Source of the DNA: an uncultured Acidimicrobiaceae bacterium
GTDB lineage: Bacteria > Actinomycetota > Acidimicrobiia > Acidimicrobiales > Palsa-688
Assembly: GCA_963828435.1 (NCBI GenBank)
Contig: CAWHFG010000005.1
Location: 746,604 to 810,603 of the forward strand
Length of the DNA stretch: 64,000 nucleotides
Direction of reading: 5' to 3'
The position numbers and the translations under genes were made by a program. The notes under the pieces are model-generated. The model was not told the origin of the DNA, searched no databases, and was given only the letters and a program-made list of their open reading frames with translations. Shown piece after piece: positions 36,303 to 45,869 of the stretch; the first letter of the stretch is position 1, and every line of letters starts with the position of its first letter.

Positions 36303-38390
36303 ATGGACGACATCGACGCCTGGCCCGGGCGGCCCTATCCGCTTGGCGCCACCTACGATGGAGCGGGCACCAACTTCGCCCTTTTCTCCGAGATCGCCGA
36401 TGCCGTCGAGCTGTGCCTCTTCGACGACGATGGCCACCAGACCACGTTGGCTCTGGAAGAGGTGGACGCCTTTGTCTGGCACACTTATCTGCCCAACACC
36501 GGGCCGGGTCAACGCTACGGGTACCGGGTGCACGGACCCTGGGATCCCGGCGCCGGTCGTCGCTGCAATCCGGCCAAGCTCCTCCTGGATCCGTACGCCA
36601 AAGCCGTCGACGGTGAGGTCGATTGGGACCAGGCCTGCTTCTCCTACGACTTTGGTGACGAGTACTCCCGCAATGACGACGACAGCGCCCCGCATCTGCC
36701 CAAGGCCGTGGTCCACAATCCTTATTTCGACTGGGGCAACGATCGAACTCTCGCCACACCTCTCCATGAGACCGTGATCTACGAGACGCACGTCAAAGGA
36801 TTCACCGCTCGCCATCCGGACCTTCCCGAGGCCCTCCGGGGAACCTACGCCGGTTTCGGCCATCCCGTCTCCATTGACCACCTGACCCAACTCGGGATTA
36901 CGGCGGTGGAGCTGATGCCCGTCCACCAGTTCATCCACGATGCCCATCTCCTGGAACGGGGCTTGCGCAACTACTGGGGATACAACACGATCGGGTTCTT
37001 TGCTCCGCACAATGGGTACGCGTCGCGGGGTCGAGGTGAGCAGGTCCAGGAGTTCAAGGCCATGGTCCGTTCCCTCCATGCCGCCGGCATCGAAGTCATC
37101 CTCGACGTGGTGTACAACCATACCGCCGAGGGCAATCACCTGGGACCGACCCTGTCCTTCAAGGGCATCGACAACCAGGCCTATTACCGCCTGGTGCCCG
37201 ACGACCCGGGCCATTACTACGACACCACGGGCACGGGTAATAGCTTCAATGTCCGCCACCCCCGGAGTTTGCAGCTGATCATGGACTCGCTGCGCTACTG
37301 GGTGGGAGAAATGCACGTGGACGGGTTCCGGTTCGATCTGGCCGCCACTCTCGCCCGTCAATTTCACGAGGTGGACAGGCTGTCGGCGTTCTTTGATCTC
37401 ATTCAGCAGGACCCCGTCGTCAGCCAGGTCAAGCTCATCGCGGAGCCGTGGGATCTGGGCGAGGGTGGTTACCAGGTGGGCAACTTTCCCCCGGTCTGGT
37501 CCGAATGGAACGGTCGCTACCGGGATACTGTCCGGGACTTCTGGCGGGGAGAGCCGGCCACGCTGTCAGAGTTCGCTTCCCGGATCACCGGCAGCTCCGA
37601 CCTCTACGAGGCCGATGCCCGCCGCCCCGTCGCCAGCATCAACTTCGTCACCGCTCACGACGGCTTCACCCTCGCCGACCTGGTTTCGTACCACGAGAGG
37701 CATAACGAGGGCAACGGAGAGGACAACAACGACGGGGAGAGCTACAACCGATCCTGGAACTGCGGGGTGGAAGGACCGACTGAAGATCCCTCGGTGCTCG
37801 GATGCAGACGCCGCCAGCAACGCAACTTCCTCACCACTCTCTTGCTGTCCCAGGGTGTACCCATGCTGCTCGGCGGCGACGAGCTTGGGCGCACCCAGGA
37901 CGGCAACAACAACGCCTATGGTCAGGACAATGAGCTGTCATGGTACGATTGGGGCGGCATCGATACATCCCTTCTCGCCTTTACCCGTGAAGTCATCAAG
38001 CTGCGCCGGGACCACCCCGTCTTCCGGCGCCGCCGCTGGTTTCGGGGCCGGCCCATCCGGGGCAGCGTGGACATCAGCTGGTTACGCCCCGATGGGCAAC
38101 AGATGGACGACGCGGATTGGGAGATCAGCCTGGCGCGATCGGTCGGCGTGCTGCTCAACGGCGGAGGAATCACCGAACGGGACCAACGCGGGCGGGCGGT
38201 TACCGATGACTCCTTTTTGCTCCTATTTAATGGGCATGAGGATAAAGTCGATTGGACACTACCGATCGGGTGGGCCGACGTGTGGCACGTCCTGGTCGAC
38301 ACCGGCGGCCTTCTCCAGGATACGGAAGTCGACGGGGAGAAGATCATCGTCGGGACCGACAGCATTGTTCTGCTGCGTGCTGTGCAGTAA
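36303..38390 (+). CDS. glgX: glycogen debranching enzyme GlgX (TreX-type)
   Basis: [48 protein letters not shown] and [10 protein letters not shown]. Confidence 0.9.
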   Translation: MDDIDAWPGRPYPLGATYDGAGTNFALFSEIADAVELCLFDDDGHQTTLALEEVDAFVWHTYLPNTGPGQRYGYRVHGPWDPGAGRRCNPAKLLLDPYAKAVDGEVDWDQACFSYDFGDEYSRNDDDSAPHLPKAVVHNPYFDWGNDRTLATPLHETVIYETHVKGFTARHPDLPEALRGTYAGFGHPVSIDHLTQLGITAVELMPVHQFIHDAHLLERGLRNYWGYNTIGFFAPHNGYASRGRGEQVQEFKAMVRSLHAAGIEVILDVVYNHTAEGNHLGPTLSFKGIDNQAYYRLVPDDPGHYYDTTGTGNSFNVRHPRSLQLIMDSLRYWVGEMHVDGFRFDLAATLARQFHEVDRLSAFFDLIQQDPVVSQVKLIAEPWDLGEGGYQVGNFPPVWSEWNGRYRDTVRDFWRGEPATLSEFASRITGSSDLYEADARRPVASINFVTAHDGFTLADLVSYHERHNEGNGEDNNDGESYNRSWNCGVEGPTEDPSVLGCRRRQQRNFLTTLLLSQGVPMLLGGDELGRTQDGNNNAYGQDNELSWYDWGGIDTSLLAFTREVIKLRRDHPVFRRRRWFRGRPIRGSVDISWLRPDGQQMDDADWEISLARSVGVLLNGGGITERDQRGRAVTDDSFLLLFNGHEDKVDWTLPIGWADVWHVLVDTGGLLQDTEVDGEKIIVGTDSIVLLRAVQ

Positions 38391-38591
38391 TCCGCCTTTT
38401 GCAGCCATCAGCCAACAGAACGCCACGGCTGGGAGAGGACAGCCCGGTACCCCTCCCACCCGGTCACCCTTCGTCGACCGCACCCTGGGCAGTCTGGGGG
38501 CTCTGACGGCCCTGGTCACCATCGGATCCCGGGGGTTTACGGCCGGCGCCCGCGGGGAAGAATTCAGGTAGACGACCTGCTGCGAACGACA

Positions 38592-38873
38592 ATGACAGAA
38601 CATCCTTTGCGTGGTGGCGATGACGCCGCAAATCCAGCCGATGAGCAGTCTCCGCCGCCCGCGGATGCTGGGTTTTTGCCGCCCGCTCCGCCGCGAGCGA
38701 CCGCCGAATCGGTCGTTGTCCGGCTCATCGCCACGACAGGAGTCATAGGGATCGGGACCGCCGTGGGGGCCATTCTGGCTGCCAGCGACGTCGCCGGCTG
38801 GGTCACAGGCTTGGTCGTCTCAGCTCTGAGCGTGATTCTCGCGGCTCTGCTCTGGCGGTCCCGGAGGCTGTGA
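38592..38873 (+). CDS. small membrane protein (two predicted TM helices), hypothetical
   Basis: 93 aa with a Pro/Ala-rich N-terminus, followed by VVVRLIATTGVIGIGTAVGAILAASDVAGWVTGLVVSALSVILAALLW. Its 3' end overlaps the sulfatase ORF tail by about 70 nt. Confidence 0.4.
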   Translation: MTEHPLRGGDDAANPADEQSPPPADAGFLPPAPPRATAESVVVRLIATTGVIGIGTAVGAILAASDVAGWVTGLVVSALSVILAALLWRSRRL

Positions 38874-40233
38874 TCTCCCGCACCGACGCCTGGTGCGCAA
38901 ATGAAGATCTGGACAGCCCGGAGTTGGACGCGGGTGTGGTGGGGTCGCTGGCGGAGCGCTGCTCGGGGGTATTGTAGAGGGTGTCTGGGGCCGGCGGGAC
39001 GGCGCCGTCAAGCAGAGGATCCCCGGTCCGGAGCATCCAGTCGTGGAGCCGGCGTTTCAAGTCCAGCACCACGTTGGCCAGGGCAGGGTCGTCGATCCGG
39101 TTGCGGCCTTCCCCGGGATCCAGCCACAGGTCATAGAGCGCTTCCGACGGCTGGTCGAGGTCGGCCCACCCGCAGGCGAGCATCACCTCCTTGGTCAGGC
39201 CGTCGTCGAGATTGGCAAGAACCCGGCCGGGGTGTTCATCGTCGAAGCGCCTGGCGTACTTGTACCGGGCTGTCCGCACGGCCCGCTGGGGCTCGTAGGC
39301 GGCGTGATAGGTGACCTCGGCGAACACCTCCTGGTGCAGCTCCTCGACCTCGCCCCGCACCAGCGGGGTGAGGGACACGCCTTCCAACCAGTCGGGCGGG
39401 TCGATCCCGGCCAGCTCGCATATGGTCGGGTAGAGGTCCAGCTGGGTCACCAGGGCGTCGTACACCCGGCCCCGCTCGAAACCGCCTGGACCACGCACGA
39501 TCAGCATGACTCCGATACCCCGGTCGTACATGGTGGCCTTGGCATCGGGAAAGGCGAGGCCGTGATCCGTAGTAAGGATCACCAGCGTGTTGCCGACCAT
39601 TCCGTTCTCTTCCAGAGCGTTGAGTACCGCGCCCACCCCTTGATCCAGAGACCGGGCGCTGGCCTTGAAGGAGGCCATGTCCCGCCGGGTCATCGCCGTA
39701 TCGACGATGTTGTCGGGCGGGCGGGAGTACAGGGCGTCGCGCACCGAAGAGGGCTCGAAGTACTCACGGTGGGTCTCAAAGAACCCCACCGAGAGGAACC
39801 AGGGTGGGGCCCCGAGGGCTCGATCGGCGATGAGGCGGCAGGCCGCCGGGGCCACGTCACGCACCGTGGTGCTGTCGAGGTCGACCACCTGGTCATAGCC
39901 GAGATCGGCCGGATGGCCCGAAACGTGCTGCTCGCCGATCAGACCTGTCCAGTACCCCGCGGCGCGCAGCACAGGCGCGAGGTGACGCTCCGGGTGACGA
40001 AGGCGGTAGCCACGGTGGGCCAGGCCCAGCATCCCGCTGGCGTGGCTGCTCTGACCGGTCAGCAGGGCGGCCCGCGAGCCCGAGCAGACCGGTGCGGCAC
40101 AGAAAGCCTGGCGGAACAGGACCCCCTGGTCGGCCAGGTGCTGGATGTTCGGGGTCGGGACGGGGTAGCCGTAGGGCTGAACGTAGCGCCCCGTGTCGTG
40201 GGAGTGAAGGTAGACGATGTTGGGCGGGGTCAT
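38803..40233 (-). CDS. sulfatase-family hydrolase with non-canonical nucleophile motif C-S-G-S-R
   Basis: NIVYLHSHDTGRY..., APVCSGSRAALLTGQ, TTDHGLAFPDAKATMYDRG. The C-terminal ~50 aa are low-complexity and may be over-extended. Confidence 0.8.
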   Translation of the reverse strand: MTPPNIVYLHSHDTGRYVQPYGYPVPTPNIQHLADQGVLFRQAFCAAPVCSGSRAALLTGQSSHASGMLGLAHRGYRLRHPERHLAPVLRAAGYWTGLIGEQHVSGHPADLGYDQVVDLDSTTVRDVAPAACRLIADRALGAPPWFLSVGFFETHREYFEPSSVRDALYSRPPDNIVDTAMTRRDMASFKASARSLDQGVGAVLNALEENGMVGNTLVILTTDHGLAFPDAKATMYDRGIGVMLIVRGPGGFERGRVYDALVTQLDLYPTICELAGIDPPDWLEGVSLTPLVRGEVEELHQEVFAEVTYHAAYEPQRAVRTARYKYARRFDDEHPGRVLANLDDGLTKEVMLACGWADLDQPSEALYDLWLDPGEGRNRIDDPALANVVLDLKRRLHDWMLRTGDPLLDGAVPPAPDTLYNTPEQRSASDPTTPASNSGLSRSSFAHQASVREITASGTARAEPRESRSELRRPSL

Positions 40234-40287
40234 CGTCCCCTACTTTAGGTCGCTTGTTCTCTACTTTTACGATAAGACTTGTGTGGT

Positions 40288-41112
40288 ATGACGGACGCCT
40301 ACCCTTGTACGGAAGGTCTCGCTTACTTTGTCTGTGCCACCCAGCGCAGTGGCAGCACGCTGCTGTGCGAACTGCTCAAAGGGACCGAAGTAGCAGGAGT
40401 GCCAGACGAATTCTTCGAAGCGCTCCGCTCGTCCGGTCTACCCCGCCAGCCCCGACAGTACTTCGGGGACCCGGCAGTCGCCGACATCGCGGCCCGCCTC
40501 GGCCCCGGCGAGCCCGGTCGGCCCGAACAGGCCGGCGCCTTCCAGGGCTGGTTCACCTACGCCCTCCAGCGGGGCACGTCCCCGAACGGCGTCTTCGCCA
40601 CCAAGATGATGTGGAACTACTTTGACGACTTCCGCAACCGGGTCCGGGAGCTGCCCGGCCTCGGCGACATCACCTTCAACCAGGCCCTCGACATCCTCTT
40701 TCCCCAGCTCCGCATCGTGTTCGTCCGCCGGCGCGACAAGGTGGCCCAGGCCGTGTCACTGTGGAAGGCTATCCAGACCCAGCAATGGCGCAACGAGGCC
40801 GAACCGTCGCCCGAAGAGCTCCCGGCCGAGTACCACTACCGGGCCCTGAAGCATCTCGTCAACGAACTGCACCGCTGGGACGCCCGCTGGGAGGACTGGT
40901 TCCACGCCACCGGCCGCCAACCGATCCGGGTCATCTACGAGGAGTTCGTCCACGCTCGAGCCGCCACCGTCGGTCGCGTCCTGGACGCCCTGGAAATCGA
41001 CCCCCCCGAGCTGGGGGGCCGCGGCTCCATGAAACGCCAGGCTGATGACCTCTCCGAAGACTGGGTCTCCCGATTCCGCCACGACGACGCCGAGCATCAG
41101 TTCACGGCCTGA
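40288..41112 (+). CDS. stf0: Stf0-type sulfotransferase (trehalose 2-sulfotransferase family)
   Basis: ATG 40288. The N-terminal PAPS-loop-like region is YFVCATQRSGSTLLCELLKGTEVAGVPDEFF. Further Stf0-like blocks follow: NGVFATKMMWNYF, IVFVRRRDKVAQAVSLWKAIQTQQW, VIYEEF. Confidence 0.7.
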   Translation: MTDAYPCTEGLAYFVCATQRSGSTLLCELLKGTEVAGVPDEFFEALRSSGLPRQPRQYFGDPAVADIAARLGPGEPGRPEQAGAFQGWFTYALQRGTSPNGVFATKMMWNYFDDFRNRVRELPGLGDITFNQALDILFPQLRIVFVRRRDKVAQAVSLWKAIQTQQWRNEAEPSPEELPAEYHYRALKHLVNELHRWDARWEDWFHATGRQPIRVIYEEFVHARAATVGRVLDALEIDPPELGGRGSMKRQADDLSEDWVSRFRHDDAEHQFTA

Positions 41113-41230
41113 CCCACCGGCCCCACCCCCTACCGTCGAGTGCGTGAGGTAGCGCCGACCGAACCAGAGCAACCGGGGCCTGCTCGGGCGAGTCCGGCCG
41201 CGACACGCCTTCCGATCTACCCGGCCTCGA

Positions 41231-42667
41231 TCACGTTACCAGGCTGGGGCCGGGCGCCGGGTGCATGGGGGTTGGCGCTGGTAGTCCGAGGTGATCTCGT
41301 AACGTGGCACCGCGGTAGTCGGCGCGAAATACCCCTCTTTCCTGTAGCAGGGGAACGACCCGATCAACGAATGGCTCCAGTCCGGTCGGGGTGATATGCG
41401 GAACGAGAATGAAGCCGTCGCTGGCATTCGCCTGTACCAGATCGTTGATCTCGGCCGCGATGGTCGCGGCAGAGCCGATAAAGCTCTGTCGGGCGGTCAC
41501 TGCGATCATCAATTGCCGTATGGACAGATGTTCGGCCCAGGCTCGGTCCCGCCAGTCTCGGGCGGTGGCCACCGGGTCACGGTACATACGCACGCTGGCC
41601 CGGCCCCGGGCTACCGCATTCTCGCCCGGCCGGGGATCGAAATCGGGCAAGGGTCCATCCGGATCGTATGCGGAGAGGTCGCAGTTCCAAACCTGTTCGA
41701 GGAAACGAATGGCAGTCTGGCCGCTGACTTGCTGCAAGCGGACCTGGTGGGCGAGGTCGTGAGCCTCGTCGTCGGTGTCGCCGAGCACGAAGGTGGCGGC
41801 AGGCAAGATCAGCAGCTGTTCGGGTTGCCGACCATATCGGCCGAGTCGCCCCTTTATGTCATTGTAAAAGGAACGTCCGGCGTCGAGGGTGGCGTGGCGG
41901 CTGAAAATGGCATCGGCGCTCGCCGCCGCGAACTCCCGCCCTTCGTTGGAGTCGCCCGCCTGGAAGATGACCGGACGACCTTGCGGACTGCGGGGCAGGT
42001 TGAACTGGCCCTCGATATCGAAGTGGGCGTCGTGGTGGGCGAAACGGCCCGCGTGGGGGTCGGCCAGGAAGCGACCGCCCGCCTGGTCCGCAACAACCTC
42101 ACCCTCTGGCCAGGAGTCGAGCAGCCCGCAGACCGCCCGGAGGAAGGTCGCGGCCCGCTCATAGCGGTCATCCTCGGCAAGGAACGCGCCACGGCGAAAG
42201 TTCTCCCCTGTGAAGGCATCCCAGGATGTGACAACATTCCAGGCGGCCCGACCGGCGGAGAGGTGGTCCAGGGTGGCGAACTGGCGGGCCACCTCGTACG
42301 GCTCGTTAAAAGTGGAGTTGATGGTGCCGGCCAGTCCGAGGTGTTCGGTCACTGCCGCCAGGGCCGCCAGCACGGTGAAGGTGTCGGGACGGCCGACCAC
42401 GTCCAGGTCGTAGATCAGACCGTTCTGCTCTCTCAGGCGGAGTCCCTCGGCCAGGAAGAGGAAGTCGAACTTTCCCCGCTCAGCTATCCGGGCGAAGCGG
42501 GCGAAAGAGTCGAAGTCGATATGACTGCCGGACTCTGGATCACTCCACACGGTGGTGTTGTTAACACCAGGAAAATGGGCAGCGAGGTGTATTTGCTTCT
42601 TCGGCCGGTCCACGTTGCGGTTCCCTTCACGAACGCCGGAGTGTGTGACAGTCGACTGTGTCCCCAT
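41231..42667 (-). CDS. LLM-class flavin-dependent monooxygenase (NtaA/SnaA/DszA-like family)
   Basis: KKQIHLAAHFPGVNNTTVWSDP...FDFLFLAEGLRL...TINSTFNEPYEVARQFATLDHLSAGRAAWNVVTS. The start is ATG 42667 or GTG 42673. Confidence 0.8.
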   Translation of the reverse strand: MGTQSTVTHSGVREGNRNVDRPKKQIHLAAHFPGVNNTTVWSDPESGSHIDFDSFARFARIAERGKFDFLFLAEGLRLREQNGLIYDLDVVGRPDTFTVLAALAAVTEHLGLAGTINSTFNEPYEVARQFATLDHLSAGRAAWNVVTSWDAFTGENFRRGAFLAEDDRYERAATFLRAVCGLLDSWPEGEVVADQAGGRFLADPHAGRFAHHDAHFDIEGQFNLPRSPQGRPVIFQAGDSNEGREFAAASADAIFSRHATLDAGRSFYNDIKGRLGRYGRQPEQLLILPAATFVLGDTDDEAHDLAHQVRLQQVSGQTAIRFLEQVWNCDLSAYDPDGPLPDFDPRPGENAVARGRASVRMYRDPVATARDWRDRAWAEHLSIRQLMIAVTARQSFIGSAATIAAEINDLVQANASDGFILVPHITPTGLEPFVDRVVPLLQERGVFRADYRGATLRDHLGLPAPTPMHPAPGPSLVT

Positions 42668-43285
42668 GGTCACAGGAGGTTGGCCTCATATCCAGTTCGA
42701 TACGAACCCGATTGCCAACAATCCATCCGCCTGACGGGAGGGCGAGGTTGAAGTCCATAGCCACATACCGTCGAGGTCGCGAGAGGGCAACGAAGGTCGT
42801 GGTCGTGGGGTCGCTCACCGTCGGATCCTTTCACGAACTCGGTCTGCAGGCCCCTCCAACGTAACTCATGTCCGGTCTTGGGCTCCGCGGGGTGCGAGGT
42901 CAACCGTGTCCGCTACTCCTTTCCGCCCTGTCGTTCACTGGCCAACGCCTTGACAGTACTCTCCTATTCCCATAAGTCTGATGCAGTGACTAAACTTTCT
43001 GCCAGCGCACCTGCAAGACCGCACGGCGCGAGCGACCCGGACCCGCCATGAGTGACCATCCCCAAGTCTGCTGGGCAATCCGTCGCCCGTTTGTGTCCAC
43101 CTGCCGGCCTGACCGTTGCAGTTGCAACCATGTGCCTGGCCCCCTGCAGTTGGACCGGTTCTCACCGGTCCTCGAAGCCCAGGACTGGCGTGACCTGACC
43201 TGGCTGCGGTGCCGCCAGCCGGAGGGCGGGCGGATCGGGTTCGTGCTCCAGCATGCCCTCACCTGGTTGGATGCCCGGCGGCGGG

Positions 43286-43321
43286 CCGGTGACAAACTAC
43301 GGGCCAGTGACAAACTAGCAG
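43286..43321. repeat. imperfect tandem 18-mer x2 containing GTGACAAACTA twice (43289-43299, 43307-43317)
   Basis: Read directly from the sequence, about 115 nt upstream of the LLM gene start at 43434. Confidence 0.9.
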
Positions 43322-43433
43322 ATATCGCCCCGGTCCTGCGCCGCCACCTTGCCGACCCTTCGCGGGAGTGGGGCCCTGTCACCGCCCAACCCGCCGTTTG
43401 CGTTCCCGAGTGATCCGAGTGGAGGAGTAGATC

Positions 43434-44615
43434 ATGGCCGCCGTTCCCCTGGCCGTTCTCGACCTTATCCCGGTTTCCTCGGGATCCAACCCCAGCCAGG
43501 CTCTGCGCAATACTGTCGACCTGGCCCGACAGAGCGAACGGTTCGGGTACACGCGCTATTGGTTCGCCGAGCACCATCTGAACCCGGGGGTCATCGGCGT
43601 CGCCCCTTCCGTGGCCATCTCTCTGATCGCCGGCGTCACCTCCGCCATCCGCCTGGGCTCCGCCGGGGTCCAGATCGGCCACCGCACCCCCCTCTCGGTC
43701 GTCGAGGAGTTTGGTCTGATCGATGCCCTCTACCCGGGGCGGCTCGACCTGGGCATCGGCCGCTCCATCGGCCGTCCGGCGCCGACCCCCGAGGGACCTG
43801 AGCCCGGACTGGCCGCCTCGGCGGCCGCCGCCAGCTATCGGGCCCGGGGCGGCGGTGGCGCCCACACCGTCGAGGAGCACACCGACAACGGACTCCTTCT
43901 CCCCAAACGTTTTGATTTCACCAAGCTGGCCGGATCGCCCCGCCTGGCGCTCAGCCTGTCCCTCCTGCAACAACCCAACGCCTACACCCCGCCCTACGAC
44001 GAACAGATCAGCGACCTGCTCGACCTGCTCAAGGGCACCTACCGATCCGCCGATGGTCTTGAAGCCCACGCCTACCCGGGGGAAGGCGCCAACCTGGAGG
44101 TCTGGATCCTGGGCGCCTCCGGCGGCGAGAGCGCTCAGGTAGCTGGCGCCCACGGTCTGCCCTTCGCCGCCTCTTACCATCACAGCCCCAGCACCGTGCT
44201 CGACGCGGTCGACGCCTATCGAGCCGCCTTCCAACCGTCGGACGTGTTGGACCAACCGTACGTCTCCGTGTCCGCCGATGTGGTCGCGGCCCCAGATGAC
44301 GACACGGCCAACTGGTTGGCGTCAGGATACGGGCTTTGGGTTCGCAGCATCCGCTCCGGTACGGGCGCTATCCCGTTCCCCACCCCCGAAGAGGCCTCGG
44401 CCCACCAGTGGAGCGACGAAGATCGGGCCCTGGTGAAGGACCGCATCGACACCCAGTTGGTCGGCTCCCCCCGAACCGTGACGGACCGGCTTGACCAGCT
44501 CCAGCAGGCCACCGGAGCCGACGAGCTCGCCATTACCACCATTGCGCATCAACACGCAGATCGGGTTCGCTCCTACCAGCTCCTGGCCCACGAGTGGCAG
44601 CGGCGGCATCCGTAG
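43434..44615 (+). CDS. LLM-class flavin-dependent oxidoreductase (luciferase family group 1-like)
   Basis: PLAVLDLIPVSSGSNPSQALRNTVDLARQSERFGYTRYWFAEHHLNPGV...RLGSAGVQIGHRTPLSVVEEF. Confidence 0.75.
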   Translation: MAAVPLAVLDLIPVSSGSNPSQALRNTVDLARQSERFGYTRYWFAEHHLNPGVIGVAPSVAISLIAGVTSAIRLGSAGVQIGHRTPLSVVEEFGLIDALYPGRLDLGIGRSIGRPAPTPEGPEPGLAASAAAASYRARGGGGAHTVEEHTDNGLLLPKRFDFTKLAGSPRLALSLSLLQQPNAYTPPYDEQISDLLDLLKGTYRSADGLEAHAYPGEGANLEVWILGASGGESAQVAGAHGLPFAASYHHSPSTVLDAVDAYRAAFQPSDVLDQPYVSVSADVVAAPDDDTANWLASGYGLWVRSIRSGTGAIPFPTPEEASAHQWSDEDRALVKDRIDTQLVGSPRTVTDRLDQLQQATGADELAITTIAHQHADRVRSYQLLAHEWQRRHP

Positions 44616-44639
44616 TCGACAACAGAAAGAGCGTCTCTC

Positions 44640-45837
44640 ATGGCCAAATCCACGCCCTTGCACCTGGCGGCCGCTCTCGACGGCGCCGGGTGGCATCCCG
44701 CCGCTTGGCGCGAGCCGTCGGCGCGCCCCGCCGAGCTGTTCACCCCCCGCTATTGGGTCGACCTGGTCGCCGAAGCAGAGAGAGGCCTGCTCGACTTCGT
44801 CACCGTCGAGGACTCCCTCGGCCAGCAGTCCTCCCACTTCGACGGCCCCGACGGCCGCACCGACCAAGTCAGAGGTCGCCTGGACGCGGTGCTGATCGCG
44901 GCCCGCGTCGCGCCGGTCACTACCCATGTCGGACTCATCCCCACCGCCACGGTCACCCACACCGAGCCATTCCACATCTCCAAGGCCATCGCCACCCTCG
45001 ATTACATCAGCAACGGCCGGGCCGGTTGGCGGGTGCAGCTGTCCCGCCCCGCTGAAAACGCCCACTTCGGACGCCGCCCGCAAGCGTTTCCCCTCGAGGA
45101 CTATCCGGGTCGCGTACCGCAAGACGTCATGTCGGCACGCTTCGACGAAGCCGCCGACTTCGTCGAAGTGGTCCGACGGCTCTGGGACAGCTGGGAAGAC
45201 GACGCCGAAATCCGCGACGCCGCAACGGGCCGTTTCATCGACCGGAACAAGCTCCACTACATCAACTTCCAGGGCCGGTGGTTCAATGTCAAAGGACCGT
45301 CAATCACGCCCGCGCCCACCACAAGGGCAGCCGCCGGTCACCGCCCTCGCCCACGCCAGCATCCCCTACCGCTTCGCCGCCCAGGCCGCCGATATCGTTT
45401 ATATCACTCCGACTGACGCCGACCACGCCGCGGCGATCGTCGGCGAGATCCGCGCCGAACAAGTGGCGGCCGGTCGAAGCCGCGACACCGTACACGTGTT
45501 CGCAGACCTCGTCATCTTCATGGACGATAGCCGCGGCCAAGCCGAGGATCGCAAGGCGCGCCTGGACGATCTGGACGGCACCACCTACCAAAGCGATGCT
45601 CTGACCTTCATGGGGACTCCAACCGAGCTTGGCGATTTGTGCGAGGAATGGCAGCAGGCCGGCATCTCGGGATTCCGGTTGCGGCCAGGCGCCATACCGC
45701 ACGACCTGGAAAGAATTGCTCGAGACCTGATCCCGGAACTGCAGCGCCGGCAGATGTTCCGCCATCACTACCAGGCTGGTTCCCTCCGAGCCCGACTGGG
45801 TTTGGCCTACCCCGCCAACCGCTATGCCCCCACCTAG
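44640..45837 (+). pseudogene. LLM-class flavin monooxygenase (NtaA/DszA-like) with one frameshift near 45305
   Basis: Frame 1 reads MAKSTPLHLAAALDGAGWHPAAW...FVTVEDSL...TEPFHISKAIATLDYISNGRAGWRV...FNVKGPSITP. Frame 2 continues RPPQGQPPVTALAHASIPYRFAAQAADIVYI... to the stop at 45837. Confidence 0.7.
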
Positions 45838-45869
45838 ACCTGGCCAGGCCTCACGTCCCGGGAGAACAC

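Noticed and set aside
38803-38873. The 70-nt convergent overlap between the small membrane-protein ORF and the sulfatase ORF as a functional antisense arrangement.
   Set aside because: The last ~50 codons of the sulfatase ORF are low-complexity and probably not conserved. The overlap may simply reflect an over-extended or frameshift-altered 3' end, so there is too little evidence to claim regulation.
42674-42960. A SAM-type or other sulfur-related riboswitch in the leader of the NtaA-like monooxygenase gene (minus strand).
   Set aside because: I wrote out the reverse complement and compared it with what I remember of the SAM-I and SAM-IV cores. I found no convincing match to the conserved junction sequences. 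It cannot be excluded without a covariance-model scan, so it is not claimed.
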